Shown piece after piece: positions 34,502 through 44,679 of a DNA stretch of 47,458 nucleotides. The notes under the pieces were generated by a model, which worked only from the letters and a program-made list of their open reading frames with translations, ran no database searches and was not told where the DNA came from. The stretch comes from Planctomycetales bacterium. GTDB lineage: Bacteria > Planctomycetota > Phycisphaerae > SM23-33. A program made the position numbers and the translations under genes. Location of the stretch: assembly GCA_030592655.1 (NCBI GenBank), contig JAUVIQ010000002.1, positions 1 through 47,458 of the forward strand. Direction: 5' to 3'. The stretch's first letter is position 1; each line of letters starts with the position of its first letter.

Positions 34502-35161
34502 ATGAAAACCGCAACAAAAACACTGATGCTTATTGCTGTACTGGCGTTTGCAGCCGCACCGACAATGGCGAACCCTGTGAATGTGTACAGTCAGGACGGT
34601 CCTCAGGATCCGCTGGTCATCGAAGGTCCGGTACACGAATTGGGCGACGGGTTCCCGGCCAACGAATTGATCGAATCATCCAATCGGCCCACGGATGAGA
34701 CGGCATGCGATGATCCTGGCAGCGAACCGGATGATCCGGCTATCCCCAACGTGCTGGTAACCATGACCAACCTTACCAGGGTTGATTGGCATGACGTTCA
34801 TTATGTTGCGGATCCGGAAACCGGTATTACCAACTTCGACGGGTGGATCGGCAACATGGGGGCGACAGACGCACAATTCGCCTTCAGGATCGACAACATC
34901 GGAATCAATAGACCGTTGGTCTCCGAGAGCATAATAGTGGACAACATCTTCCAGGCCAACGAAACGTGGGAGTTCATCATCCAAGATTTCGTCAATCAGA
35001 TGGGCGGCCCACCTACGCCCTTCGATAGCCTGGGCATTGCCGGCAGGAGCGGCGGCTGGCCTCCCTCGACGGGCAGCATCATTGCGGTTCCCGAACCGGC
35101 GACAATGAGTCTGCTGGTATTGGGCGGAATCGGCATGCTGGTGAGACGACGCCGGAAATAA
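34502..35161 (+). CDS. PEP-CTERM-anchored secreted protein
   Basis: I trimmed the start to ATG 34502 (AAGGAG upstream). The signal peptide is MKTATKTLMLIAVLAFAAAPTMA. The C-terminus is VPEPATMSLLVLGGIGMLVRRRRK. Confidence 0.85.
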   Translation: MKTATKTLMLIAVLAFAAAPTMANPVNVYSQDGPQDPLVIEGPVHELGDGFPANELIESSNRPTDETACDDPGSEPDDPAIPNVLVTMTNLTRVDWHDVHYVADPETGITNFDGWIGNMGATDAQFAFRIDNIGINRPLVSESIIVDNIFQANETWEFIIQDFVNQMGGPPTPFDSLGIAGRSGGWPPSTGSIIAVPEPATMSLLVLGGIGMLVRRRRK

Positions 35162-35194
35162 TCCACAGATTTGCAGGGATTACGCTTCATTACC

Positions 35195-35232
35195 CCAAAC
35201 CCACGGACTGCGTTCCGTGGGTTTGGTTTTTT
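35195..35232 (+). terminator. Rho-independent terminator
   Basis: ccaaacccacgga / tccgtgggtttgg forms a 13-bp perfect stem with a 6-nt loop, followed by tttttt. Confidence 0.8.
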
Positions 35233-35376
35233 AATCAAAAAGACACACTTTCCCCCATAGATTCATCCCACATCGGTATCAAGAGACAAAGATTTGGGGG
35301 GACGGGACTTACATTTTTTACCCTGTTCCGAATCGGCGAAATTTGGTGTATTTTTACCATTTCGGGGCGGAATCCC

Positions 35377-35406
35377 TTGACAAATACAGCCGCTGTGTGG
35401 TATATT
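35377..35406 (+). promoter_or_regulatory. Sigma-70-like promoter of folC
   Basis: TTGACA (35377-35382), an 18-nt spacer, then TATATT (35401-35406). The folC ATG at 35416 follows within about 10 nt, implying a very short or absent leader. Confidence 0.45.
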
Positions 35407-35415
35407 TGGGTGATT

Positions 35416-36807
35416 ATGGCAACTTCGGTTTCCCCAAAAACATCTCCTGGAAAGTCAGGACGCGCTCATAGATTGCCGATTCGCACCTACGATGCGGCAT
35501 TGAGGTATCTCTTTGCGCAAACGGACTACGAGCAGATGCTTCGAGTCCGTTACAACCGCGATACTTTCAGCCTGGTTCGCATGAGGTCGCTCCTGAAGCG
35601 TCTTGGCGATCCGCATAAAAAGTTGCGCAGCGTTCATATCGCCGGTACAAAGGGAAAGGGTTCCACCGCGACGATGCTCTCGGCGATGCTCCATTCCTGC
35701 GGGCACAAGGTCGGGCTTTACACCTCACCGCACGTGATGGACATCCGCGAACGGATACGGATAAATGGAGAGGTCATCCCACGCGCCGCCCTGACGCGCT
35801 ACATTAATAAAGTAGCCATACACGTCGAACGGATGAGCAACGACAAGCCGACCTTCTTCGAGATATTCACAGCCATTGCTTTTATGTACTTCGTGGATGA
35901 GAAAATCGACATAGCCGTTCTTGAGACGGGTCTCGGCGGCCGGCTTGACAGTACCAACGTCGTCAAACCGATGGTGGTCGGGTTCACCAACATCTCTCTG
36001 GATCACATTCACCAGCTTGGCGACACGGTCGAAGCCATTGCCGGTGAAAAGGCGGGGATACTTAAGCGCGGCGTACCGGCAGTGTCGGTCCGTCAGGTTC
36101 CCGCCGCAGAAGCCGTCCTGACAAAGGCGGCCAAGCGGGCCAATGCGCCGTTACTGATTACTGGAAAGAATATCGATTTCAGTTATCGTTTCGAGTCGTC
36201 GCGTGAGGACGGTCCGCAGACCCGCGTCTGTCTGACCACGTCACGCAGCAGGTTCGAGCACCTTCCCGTCCCGTTAATGGGCGAGCACCAGGCATTGAAC
36301 TGCGGACTTGCCCTTGCGCTGTTGGATCAGATTAAGAAGCACGGGTTTGATATTGACGATTCCGCCGCCATTGAAGGGCTTTCCAGGGTCAGCCTTCCGG
36401 GGCGGATGGAACTGATAAGGGAAAACCCGCGAATCCTCGTCGATGGCGCTCACAACGGCGCTTCGATGGAGGCGTTGATGCGATCCGTCGGGCAGTATAT
36501 CCCTTACGATTCGATGGTGGTAATCTTCGGATGTTCCGCCGACAAGGAAATTCCCGGTATGCTCGGTCAGTTGATGCGTGGGGCCGACAAGGTTATCTTC
36601 ACCGCCAGCAACAACACACGCGCCGTTGACCCTGACGACCTGGCTCAACGATACGAAGATCGCTCGGGAAAACACGCGCAGGTAGCGCCCACCCTCGCCG
36701 AAGCCATTCGCCTCGCCAACAACGCCGTTACTCGCGGAGACATCATCTGCATAACGGGAAGTTTCTACCTCGTCGGTGAAGCAAAGAAACTACTTGGTAA
36801 TTCGTAA
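35416..36807 (+). CDS. folC: Folylpolyglutamate synthase / dihydrofolate synthase
   Basis: Mur-ligase P-loop HIAGTKGKGSTATMLSAML. Overall FolC-like length and motifs include LGGRLDSTNV and VDGAHNGASMEAL. Confidence 0.85.
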   Translation: MATSVSPKTSPGKSGRAHRLPIRTYDAALRYLFAQTDYEQMLRVRYNRDTFSLVRMRSLLKRLGDPHKKLRSVHIAGTKGKGSTATMLSAMLHSCGHKVGLYTSPHVMDIRERIRINGEVIPRAALTRYINKVAIHVERMSNDKPTFFEIFTAIAFMYFVDEKIDIAVLETGLGGRLDSTNVVKPMVVGFTNISLDHIHQLGDTVEAIAGEKAGILKRGVPAVSVRQVPAAEAVLTKAAKRANAPLLITGKNIDFSYRFESSREDGPQTRVCLTTSRSRFEHLPVPLMGEHQALNCGLALALLDQIKKHGFDIDDSAAIEGLSRVSLPGRMELIRENPRILVDGAHNGASMEALMRSVGQYIPYDSMVVIFGCSADKEIPGMLGQLMRGADKVIFTASNNTRAVDPDDLAQRYEDRSGKHAQVAPTLAEAIRLANNAVTRGDIICITGSFYLVGEAKKLLGNS

Positions 36808-36817
36808 TTGGTAAAAA
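36797..36817. repeat. (GTAATTS)-type heptamers overlapping the folC stop codon
   Basis: gtaattc gtaattg gtaaaaa. This is the same unit family as at 26414-26441. Confidence 0.85.
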
Positions 36818-36858
36818 AATACCCGATGCCCAGTTACTGATTGCTCACACTGACCAAG

Positions 36859-36903
36859 TACGTAGCACGGGCGTCTCACGTAGTGAGACGCCCGTGCTAC
36901 GTA
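36859..36903. terminator. Perfect 20-bp hairpin between convergent genes (bidirectional terminator candidate)
   Basis: tacgtagcacgggcgtctca (36859-36878), loop cgtag, tgagacgcccgtgctacgta (36884-36903). The U-tracts are weak. Confidence 0.55.
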
Positions 36904-36908
36904 TTCGG

Positions 36909-38669
36909 TCACACTGTCCCGTCTGTTACGCCATCCGTTACGCTTCCGTAACGGGCGACGACATGGTGGGTGGTTGCCTCGTGAGCCAGCGGAAGATGGA
37001 CGGCTTCCTTGCCGAAGCGGCGGGCCGGAAATACCGATGCGGGCCTACCATTGATGACGACTTCCCCCAGAGTCGAACCCTCATGTCGCGGCGGAAGGAT
37101 TACCGATAGTCCGCCACAGGGCGTCCCGCCGGTAACGGTAAATGTCAAGTCGGTCCCGTTCCATTCGGCCTCCCCCAGCCGATACGTATCGCGCGCTTCC
37201 CAGAAGTCGCACCATCGGTCGATGGACCAGATGGGCATGTTGTGTCGCCGGGCGGCCTTCATAAGCGCCCGTGCGTGTGGGCCTGAGAATTCCGCATAAT
37301 TGCACGGATGGATTACCACGCAGAAAGGAACGTGGAAAAACCGGGTTGAGTCTTCGAAGATACGCTCGACAAGCACCTCCCACTGCTCGGAAGAGAGTTT
37401 GGCCGAATAGTAACTCGTAGGATGGAAGCCCCCGTCGTCGCTCATGTGGACGTACTGCTCCCAGACATTGATCAGGTCTCCGTCGGGTCCGACGAAGCGG
37501 CTCGGCAAGGCTGACCCCCATTGCCCGTAAGGCCGCCAGTCCCGCGATTCCGCCGGTTCCAGGGACGCCGAAGCAAGGTTGCTGGACATGCGGATGCCCA
37601 TTTCCTCCCACATGCGGATCATCTCCATGTAGCCCGGCCAGCAGAGGGCGTGGTTGCGGATGGTCCGCACTCCCTCGCCCTGCGTGCGAATGAACAGTTC
37701 CACCTCGTCTCGCAAGGCCTGGAGTTGCTGTTGAACAGGCTGGTCGCCGTACTTGGTGATATCGGGATGGACGCTGATAGTATGCCCGCGAGCCTCCATC
37801 TCGCGTCGGATTTCCGGCGTCATCTCCGTATGGTGAGGAACGATATAGAGCGTCATCGTCCCGCCCATCGCCTCCACGTCGTGCATCTCATGGAAGTCAA
37901 GGTCCACCGGCCTGTGGTCCTCGTCGCCTGAGAACAGAAGGATCGCCGGCGCCATGTCGGGAAGTTGCCACAGCATCGGCATCGGCCCGTACGACTCGCA
38001 ATAGTGTCGAACGACGTCCACCAATAGCCTCGCCAGCATATCCGAACAGGGCGTCCAGCCCCACTCGGTTCCACCAACATCAACGGCAAATCGCTCCGGC
38101 CGGGGATACGGAACGCCTTCGGTCGGTCTGTCGGCAAGGGCTGGGTCGCCTTGGCGAAGCAGCGACACGCCAGCCGGTAAATCGAAGGAAAAAACCACAA
38201 GATTCCCCTTCCCGACAGGACGGGCGATAATGGCTGGGCTTTCCGAATTGCACCGGTCCAATTCAAAGACGTATCCCCAGACCGTCGGAGTATCCTGACA
38301 GGCGTAGGTCAGCACTTTCCCGGGGATGGGTAGTTGCTGCCCGCGCAGTCCCGCCGCAGGGCGCACAAGCCTCAGTCGGCAGTGGTTCTCCTTTTGGCCT
38401 TGGATGTCGAGTCCTGCCTGCCGGGCGAACTCGCCTTCAGGCGCGAAGGCGACCACGCATCCGCCCGCGCGGGCATAGGCGACCAGCGCCGATGCGTGAG
38501 TGTCGGCGGTATTACCGTCGGCGATTACCACGGCTACGTCGTCCGGCACGGGCTTCTGAAGCGCCTCGACGCCAACCGTTTCAGCCAGCGCCAGACCCCA
38601 CATCCGAAACATCTCATCAATGTATGCAGACTTGTCTATCTCGCCGTCGCTAACAATCCAGACACGCAT
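36909..38669 (-). CDS. Hypothetical protein with a possible polysaccharide-deacetylase (NodB-fold)-like central region
   Basis: I trimmed the start to ATG 38669 (MRVWIVSDGE, with GGAGA upstream); the longer track ORF would translate a nested palindrome. LFSGDEDH ... GHTISVHPD loosely resembles NodB motifs. The functional assignment is weak. Confidence 0.6.
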   Translation of the reverse strand: MRVWIVSDGEIDKSAYIDEMFRMWGLALAETVGVEALQKPVPDDVAVVIADGNTADTHASALVAYARAGGCVVAFAPEGEFARQAGLDIQGQKENHCRLRLVRPAAGLRGQQLPIPGKVLTYACQDTPTVWGYVFELDRCNSESPAIIARPVGKGNLVVFSFDLPAGVSLLRQGDPALADRPTEGVPYPRPERFAVDVGGTEWGWTPCSDMLARLLVDVVRHYCESYGPMPMLWQLPDMAPAILLFSGDEDHRPVDLDFHEMHDVEAMGGTMTLYIVPHHTEMTPEIRREMEARGHTISVHPDITKYGDQPVQQQLQALRDEVELFIRTQGEGVRTIRNHALCWPGYMEMIRMWEEMGIRMSSNLASASLEPAESRDWRPYGQWGSALPSRFVGPDGDLINVWEQYVHMSDDGGFHPTSYYSAKLSSEQWEVLVERIFEDSTRFFHVPFCVVIHPCNYAEFSGPHARALMKAARRHNMPIWSIDRWCDFWEARDTYRLGEAEWNGTDLTFTVTGGTPCGGLSVILPPRHEGSTLGEVVINGRPASVFPARRFGKEAVHLPLAHEATTHHVVARYGSVTDGVTDGTV

Positions 38670-38694
38670 GAGTTCAGGTCTCCTTCTTCGGCTA

Positions 38695-38807
38695 GGTGGC
38701 ACGGTCAAGCAATTCGAGGTCATGTGACCTCGAATTACTTGGCCGTGGCGAAGTCTCCAGGCGACACCACGGCCAAGCTCCACTTCGTTACGCTTGACCG
38801 TGCCACC
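38695..38807. repeat. Nested perfect inverted repeats forming a three-way-junction-like element
   Basis: The outer 16-bp stem is ggtggcacggtcaagc (38695-38710) paired with gcttgaccgtgccacc (38792-38807). Inner hairpin 1 is aattcgaggtca-tg-tgacctcgaatt (38711-38736). Inner hairpin 2 is cttggccgtgg (38738-38748) paired with ccacggccaag (38767-38777). Confidence 0.85.
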
Positions 38808-38835
38808 CATCTATCAAATCAGGTGTTGTGGAATA

Positions 38836-40044
38836 TTAGGTTTTCTTCGGTAGTTGGCCGACCGGGCGGTCCGGTCCGGGGCGAAAGTCGGGGACCTTGA
38901 ACTTTACCGAGTCCTTCTCGACCGATTCGCTCGCCAGTATCGCCGGAGCCGTCACCTCGCAGGCCTTATAGACGTCCATATCGACGGGCACGCCGTTGAG
39001 TATCGCGTCGCGGAACGTGGCAAAGATGGTAGCGTCTGCGCCACCGTGACCGCTGGTGCGAACGTAATCGTCGGATTCTCTGCCGTACTCGTCGGATTTC
39101 AGCGGGTAGGTGCTCCAATCCATCGCCGCTGGTTCGTTATCGTGCGTTCCCATCGCGGTGGTCCACATCTTGCATTAGTCCCACCCTGCCCGTTTCCATT
39201 CGACCGATCCTTCCGTGCCCATCAGTGCGTACCAGTGATGGCCGGTCTCGCCACGATGCGGTACGGGGCAGTTAAACCCGCACGACAGCCTCATCAGCGT
39301 CCCCTTGGCCGTAAGCATCAACGCAACCTCTATGTCCGGTTTCCCAGCCTCCGGGACGCGAGAATTCTCCGGCAGCGTGCCCATAGCGACGACCTCGACG
39401 ACACGATCATCGAGTATCTTCAGCAGCGGGCTCAGTTCGTGTGGCAGATACAGGATGGGATGCAGGCCGTTTCGCCACGTCGGACGGGCGTGCGGATTGG
39501 AGCGGGCCTCGTCCAGCGACAGGTATCGGCCGGTCTGATCGTCGTAAAAGAACCAATGCATACCGTAGTATCCGATGTACTGCCCTTCGGCGTGGACTAT
39601 CCTGCCCAGCGTTCCGTCCTCGACGATCCGCTTCCATGCATCCACGAAGCCCCAGTGACGTGCCTGCTCGCCGAGTTGGTAGATCAGTCCCGTCTTCTCA
39701 ACGGCAGCGACGAGCCGCCAAAGGTCTTCCATAGTAAAAGCGGCGACGACCTCCGTCATAACGTGGACACCGGCTTCGAGCGCCTCGACGGCCAGATCGA
39801 CCTGCGTGTCGGGATCGCTGCATATACCGACCGCATCAAGCGAGGCATCCTTCAGCATGGTAGAGAAATCATTAAAGGATGCCACGTCCGGGTCGTTGAC
39901 GTCCCGCATGGTTTTTTCTATCTGCTCGGTGAACCGGTCGCAGACGGCAACGAGTTTGTAGCCTTCCATTTGGCCGAAGTGTTTGGCCCAGCATTCCCGG
40001 CCCCGAGGACCCAAGCCGACCAGACCGACGCGAATTTCCTTCAT
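38836..40044 (-). pseudogene. Gfo/Idh/MocA-family oxidoreductase interrupted by a single in-frame TAA
   Basis: ORFs 39175..40044 (Rossmann N-terminus MKEIRVGLVGLGPRG) and 38836..39168 (C-terminal GHGGADATIFATFRDAI region) are in the same frame. They are separated only by TAA at 39175-39177: ...VEWKRAGWD * CKMWTTAMG... Confidence 0.75.
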
Positions 40045-40211
40045 AACGAGATTCCTTTCGATTCAGCATGTCCTGATACGTCGGCATCTTACTTACCCGT
40101 CCAGCCGTTCCAAAAGCAAAAAAAGGAAAAAAAGAAAAAAGGACATCATAGTGGCAAGCGTCGCAAATAGTATTACAATGGTCCGAGTTTGATTCTGAAA
40201 GGATCCCGATT

Positions 40212-41453
40212 GTGGCGGAAGAATTTTTTACTCGCGAGTTCGATAACGGACTGACTCTGGTAGCCCAACCGATGGCGCAGGTTTCTTCATCGGCGATAAC
40301 AATCGCCCTGCCGGCGGGAGCGTCCCGCGATCCGGCTGACTCTGCAGGCTCGGCATCGACGGCGTCGCTCTGGCTTCTGCGGGGAGCGGGCGACCGCGAT
40401 ACGCGACAAATCAACGACGTGCTGGACTCGCTCGGATGCCAACACCACGAGGCCGCCCAGAGTGAGCATCTGCTCGTCTCGGCTGCTCAACTGGGAAGGA
40501 ACCTTCCTAAGGTCCTGGAAGTCTATGCCGACATTCTCGGCAGACCTCGCCTGACCGATGAGACCTTCATCCCCTGCCGAGACCTCGTCGCGCAAATACT
40601 CGACGGTCTGGAAGATGAACCGATGCGCAACTGCCACGTGCTGATGCGTGAGAAGTTTTATCCGTCGCCGCTGGGCAGGAACCCGCTCGGAACGAAAGAA
40701 TCCCTGTCCGGTCTGAAACCCGAATCGCTGCGGAAACATCTGAAAAACCACCTGACGCCGAACGGAACGATTATGGCGGTGGCTGGGAATTTCGACTGGA
40801 AAGAACTTTCAGAAACAGTTGAAAAACACTTCGGCGACTGGAACGGTCCGACACCGGACGAAGTATCGACCAGTCCGGCCGAACAGGGCGCCACGCATAT
40901 AACCAAGGACACCGCCCAGGTCCAGATAACGCTGGCGTACCCGGCTGCGACTATTAACGACGAACTCAACTACGCCGCGAGGATAACGCAGATGATCCTT
41001 TGTGGTGGAATGGGCGCTCGTCTGTTCACCGAGGTTCGCGAAAAGCGAGCGTTGGTCTATGCGGTAGTGGCGCGGTACCACAGTCTCAAGGATTTTGCCG
41101 GTTTGTTTGTCTATGCCGGAACGACGCCGCAACGGGCACAGGAGACGCTGGACGTTACCGTCGGCGAGTTGCGCCGCCTGGCCGAAGGCGTGGGCGAAGA
41201 TGAACTTGCCCGCGCACGGACGCAACTCAAAAGCGCCTTGATCATGCAGGGCGAATCGACATCCGCCCGCGCAGACGCGCTGGCGGGAGATTTCTTTCAC
41301 CTGGGTCGGCTGCGGGGTCTGGATGAGATTTCCGCAGCGATTGACGCCGTAACCGTACAAGACGTAATGGAATACGTCCACGCGTTCCCAGCCGAGAACC
41401 TGACAACACTGACCATCGGACCTGATAAACTCCAGGCTCCGAATCCGACATAA
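40212..41453 (+). CDS. M16 (pitrilysin) family protein lacking the HxxEH motif (non-catalytic partner)
   Basis: GTG start. The fold is insulinase-like (FDNGLTLVAQPM...), but there is no zinc-binding HxxEH where it would be expected. Confidence 0.8.
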   Translation: MAEEFFTREFDNGLTLVAQPMAQVSSSAITIALPAGASRDPADSAGSASTASLWLLRGAGDRDTRQINDVLDSLGCQHHEAAQSEHLLVSAAQLGRNLPKVLEVYADILGRPRLTDETFIPCRDLVAQILDGLEDEPMRNCHVLMREKFYPSPLGRNPLGTKESLSGLKPESLRKHLKNHLTPNGTIMAVAGNFDWKELSETVEKHFGDWNGPTPDEVSTSPAEQGATHITKDTAQVQITLAYPAATINDELNYAARITQMILCGGMGARLFTEVREKRALVYAVVARYHSLKDFAGLFVYAGTTPQRAQETLDVTVGELRRLAEGVGEDELARARTQLKSALIMQGESTSARADALAGDFFHLGRLRGLDEISAAIDAVTVQDVMEYVHAFPAENLTTLTIGPDKLQAPNPT

Positions 41454-41471
41454 CACACACCGGAGATTCAT

Positions 41472-42690
<1,219 letters not shown>

Positions 42691-42698
<8 letters not shown>

Positions 42699-44049
42699 TC
42701 TCCTTTCCGACAAGCGCATAACCGTAATGGGTCTGGGCCGATTCGGGGGCGGGCTTGGCGTAACGCGATGGCTCGTCGAACAAGGCGCGTGCGTAACGGT
42801 TTCCGACCAAGCCGGGGCTGATGAACTCGCCGAACCGCTTGCCGCTCTGGATGGCCTGGACGTAACGCTGCACCTCGGCGGACACGAGGAATCGGACTTC
42901 GTCGAGGCCGACCTGGTCGTCGTCAATCCCGCCGTCCCGTTCGATTCGCCGCATATCCAAGCCGCCCGCGAAGCGAACGTCGAACTGACGACCGAGATAA
43001 ACCTGTTCCTCGCCCGCTGCGCCGCGCCGGTCGTCGGGATTACAGGCTCGGTCGGAAAATCGACCACCACCGCAATGACCGGCGCGATACTTTCAGCCTG
43101 CAAGCCCACCCACGTCGGCGGAAACATCGGGCGAAGCCTGCTGGAGAGTCTGCCGGACATCAAACCGAACCACGTCGTCGTTCTGGAACTGTCCAGTTTC
43201 CAATTGTCGTACCTGCCTCTGCTCGCGCAAAGCCCGCATGTAGCATTAGTTACCAACCTCTATCCGAACCACCTCGACCGTCACGGCAGCATGGCCGAGT
43301 ACGCCGACGCCAAGAAAAATATCTTCCGCTTCCAATGCCCGGACGACGTGCTGATCGTCAACCGCAACGATTCGGAAGTGGCGTCCTGGACCGACCAGGC
43401 CCCCGGCAGGACAGACACATTCAGCGCCGTCGATGAGCCGTTTGACCTGAATGTTCCGGGATTACACAACCAGGCCAACGCACAGGCAGCGTGGTCAGTC
43501 GCCAGACAATTCGACGTGCCCCGCACCGTTGCCGCTGAGGCTTTGTCCGGTTTTGTCGGTCTGCCACACAGGCTCCAACTGGTAGCCCATCGCGACGGCG
43601 TGCGGTACTTCAACGACTCCAAATGCACCACACCGGCAGGAGCCGTCGTCGCACTTGAAGCCTTCCCCGCTCGCAACGTTGTCATCATCGTTGGCGGATA
43701 TGACAAAAAGGTCGATTTCGGCGAGTTGTGTGCAGCCTTGGCCGATCGCGCCAAAGCCGTTGTTACCACCGGTCAGACTGGAGAAGCAATCGCCGATGGT
43801 GTCGAATCCGCACGGGGCGATGCCGGTGTACTGTCTGTCATTCGCGAGCCGGAGTTCGCTGCCGCCGTCGTTGCAGCCCGCGACCTTGCTGAATCCGGCG
43901 ACGTGGTGCTTCTCTCGCCCGCCTGCGCCAGTTTCGACCAATTCCAAAACTACGAACAACGCGGTAAGACGTTCATGCGAATGATCAATAGTCAAGTAAG
44001 GTTTCCCCCCGAATTCCCGGTAGGGACACAAGAGACAACACCGTTATAG
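42691..44049 (+). CDS. murD: UDP-N-acetylmuramoylalanine--D-glutamate ligase
   Basis: N-terminal Rossmann motif VMGLGRFGGG and P-loop GITGSVGKSTTTAM. The start overlaps the M16 stop by 8 nt (ATGAGTAA). Confidence 0.9.
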
Positions 44050-44549
44050 ATTTGCATTATGGCTGAATCATCAATACCAAAGAACCATCTCATCCACGAA
44101 CCGCATATCGACACCCTCTGTCCGCCATGCACACATACAACACACTTGGAGCATATGTTCAACTCATCAAGAACAACATTCACCACCCCATGATCAATCT
44201 CCACTTGCTCATAGGGAATATTTTTCTTCCTTACCGCTACAAAAGCCATGCGAATATCCGTAAGAACGACATGAGGCGATCCGGTACCAACAAACACTCG
44301 AAATTGTATTGGCACAAACATCCAAATCGCCATAGCGATCAGAAAGACACCAACAACCCAGAATGGCACTACAATACGCGAATCACCCATAGCCAAGCCA
44401 AGTGATACAGTGATAAGCAAGAGAAGAGATATACCAGGCACGCCGAAAGCTATTCGACTAAGCCAACTTATATTCTTCGTATAGACAAGTTCTTTTTCTT
44501 TTTCAGCCACGTGTCGGCTATGGGGTATTAGCGAATCCTTCATGTTCAT
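43992..44549 (-). CDS. Hypothetical membrane protein in a low-GC patch
   Basis: Two hydrophobic helices are GVPGISLLLLITVSLGLAM and FWVVGVFLIAMAIWMFV. The region is visibly AT-rich. The 3' end overlaps the end of murD on the opposite strand by about 58 nt. Start choice is uncertain (44549 or 44600). Confidence 0.35.
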   Translation of the reverse strand: MNMKDSLIPHSRHVAEKEKELVYTKNISWLSRIAFGVPGISLLLLITVSLGLAMGDSRIVVPFWVVGVFLIAMAIWMFVPIQFRVFVGTGSPHVVLTDIRMAFVAVRKKNIPYEQVEIDHGVVNVVLDELNICSKCVVCVHGGQRVSICGSWMRWFFGIDDSAIMQIYNGVVSCVPTGNSGGNLT

Positions 44550-44564
44550 GCCTCGTACACAATT

Positions 44565-44582
44565 GAATTCCGGAATTCCGGA
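44565..44582. repeat. Tandem (GAATTCCG)x2 octamers
   Basis: Read directly: gaattccg gaattccg ga. Confidence 0.85.
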
Positions 44583-44679
44583 TAGCGCCGGCCTCTTCAC
44601 TGACTTGAGGTACCAAATTGGCGCCTCAAGTCGTTACTCACTTGATGTTCCAAAATGGAATATCAAGTTTTCGATATCA

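Noticed and set aside
38854-40170. Long ORFs antisense to well-supported genes (38854..40170 +, 41718..43256 -, 20285..21196 +, 10269..11249 +, 1437..2360 +)
   Set aside because: These are typical shadow ORFs of GC-rich DNA opposite genes with clear family motifs. Their translations are Arg/Pro/Gly-rich with no recognisable motifs.
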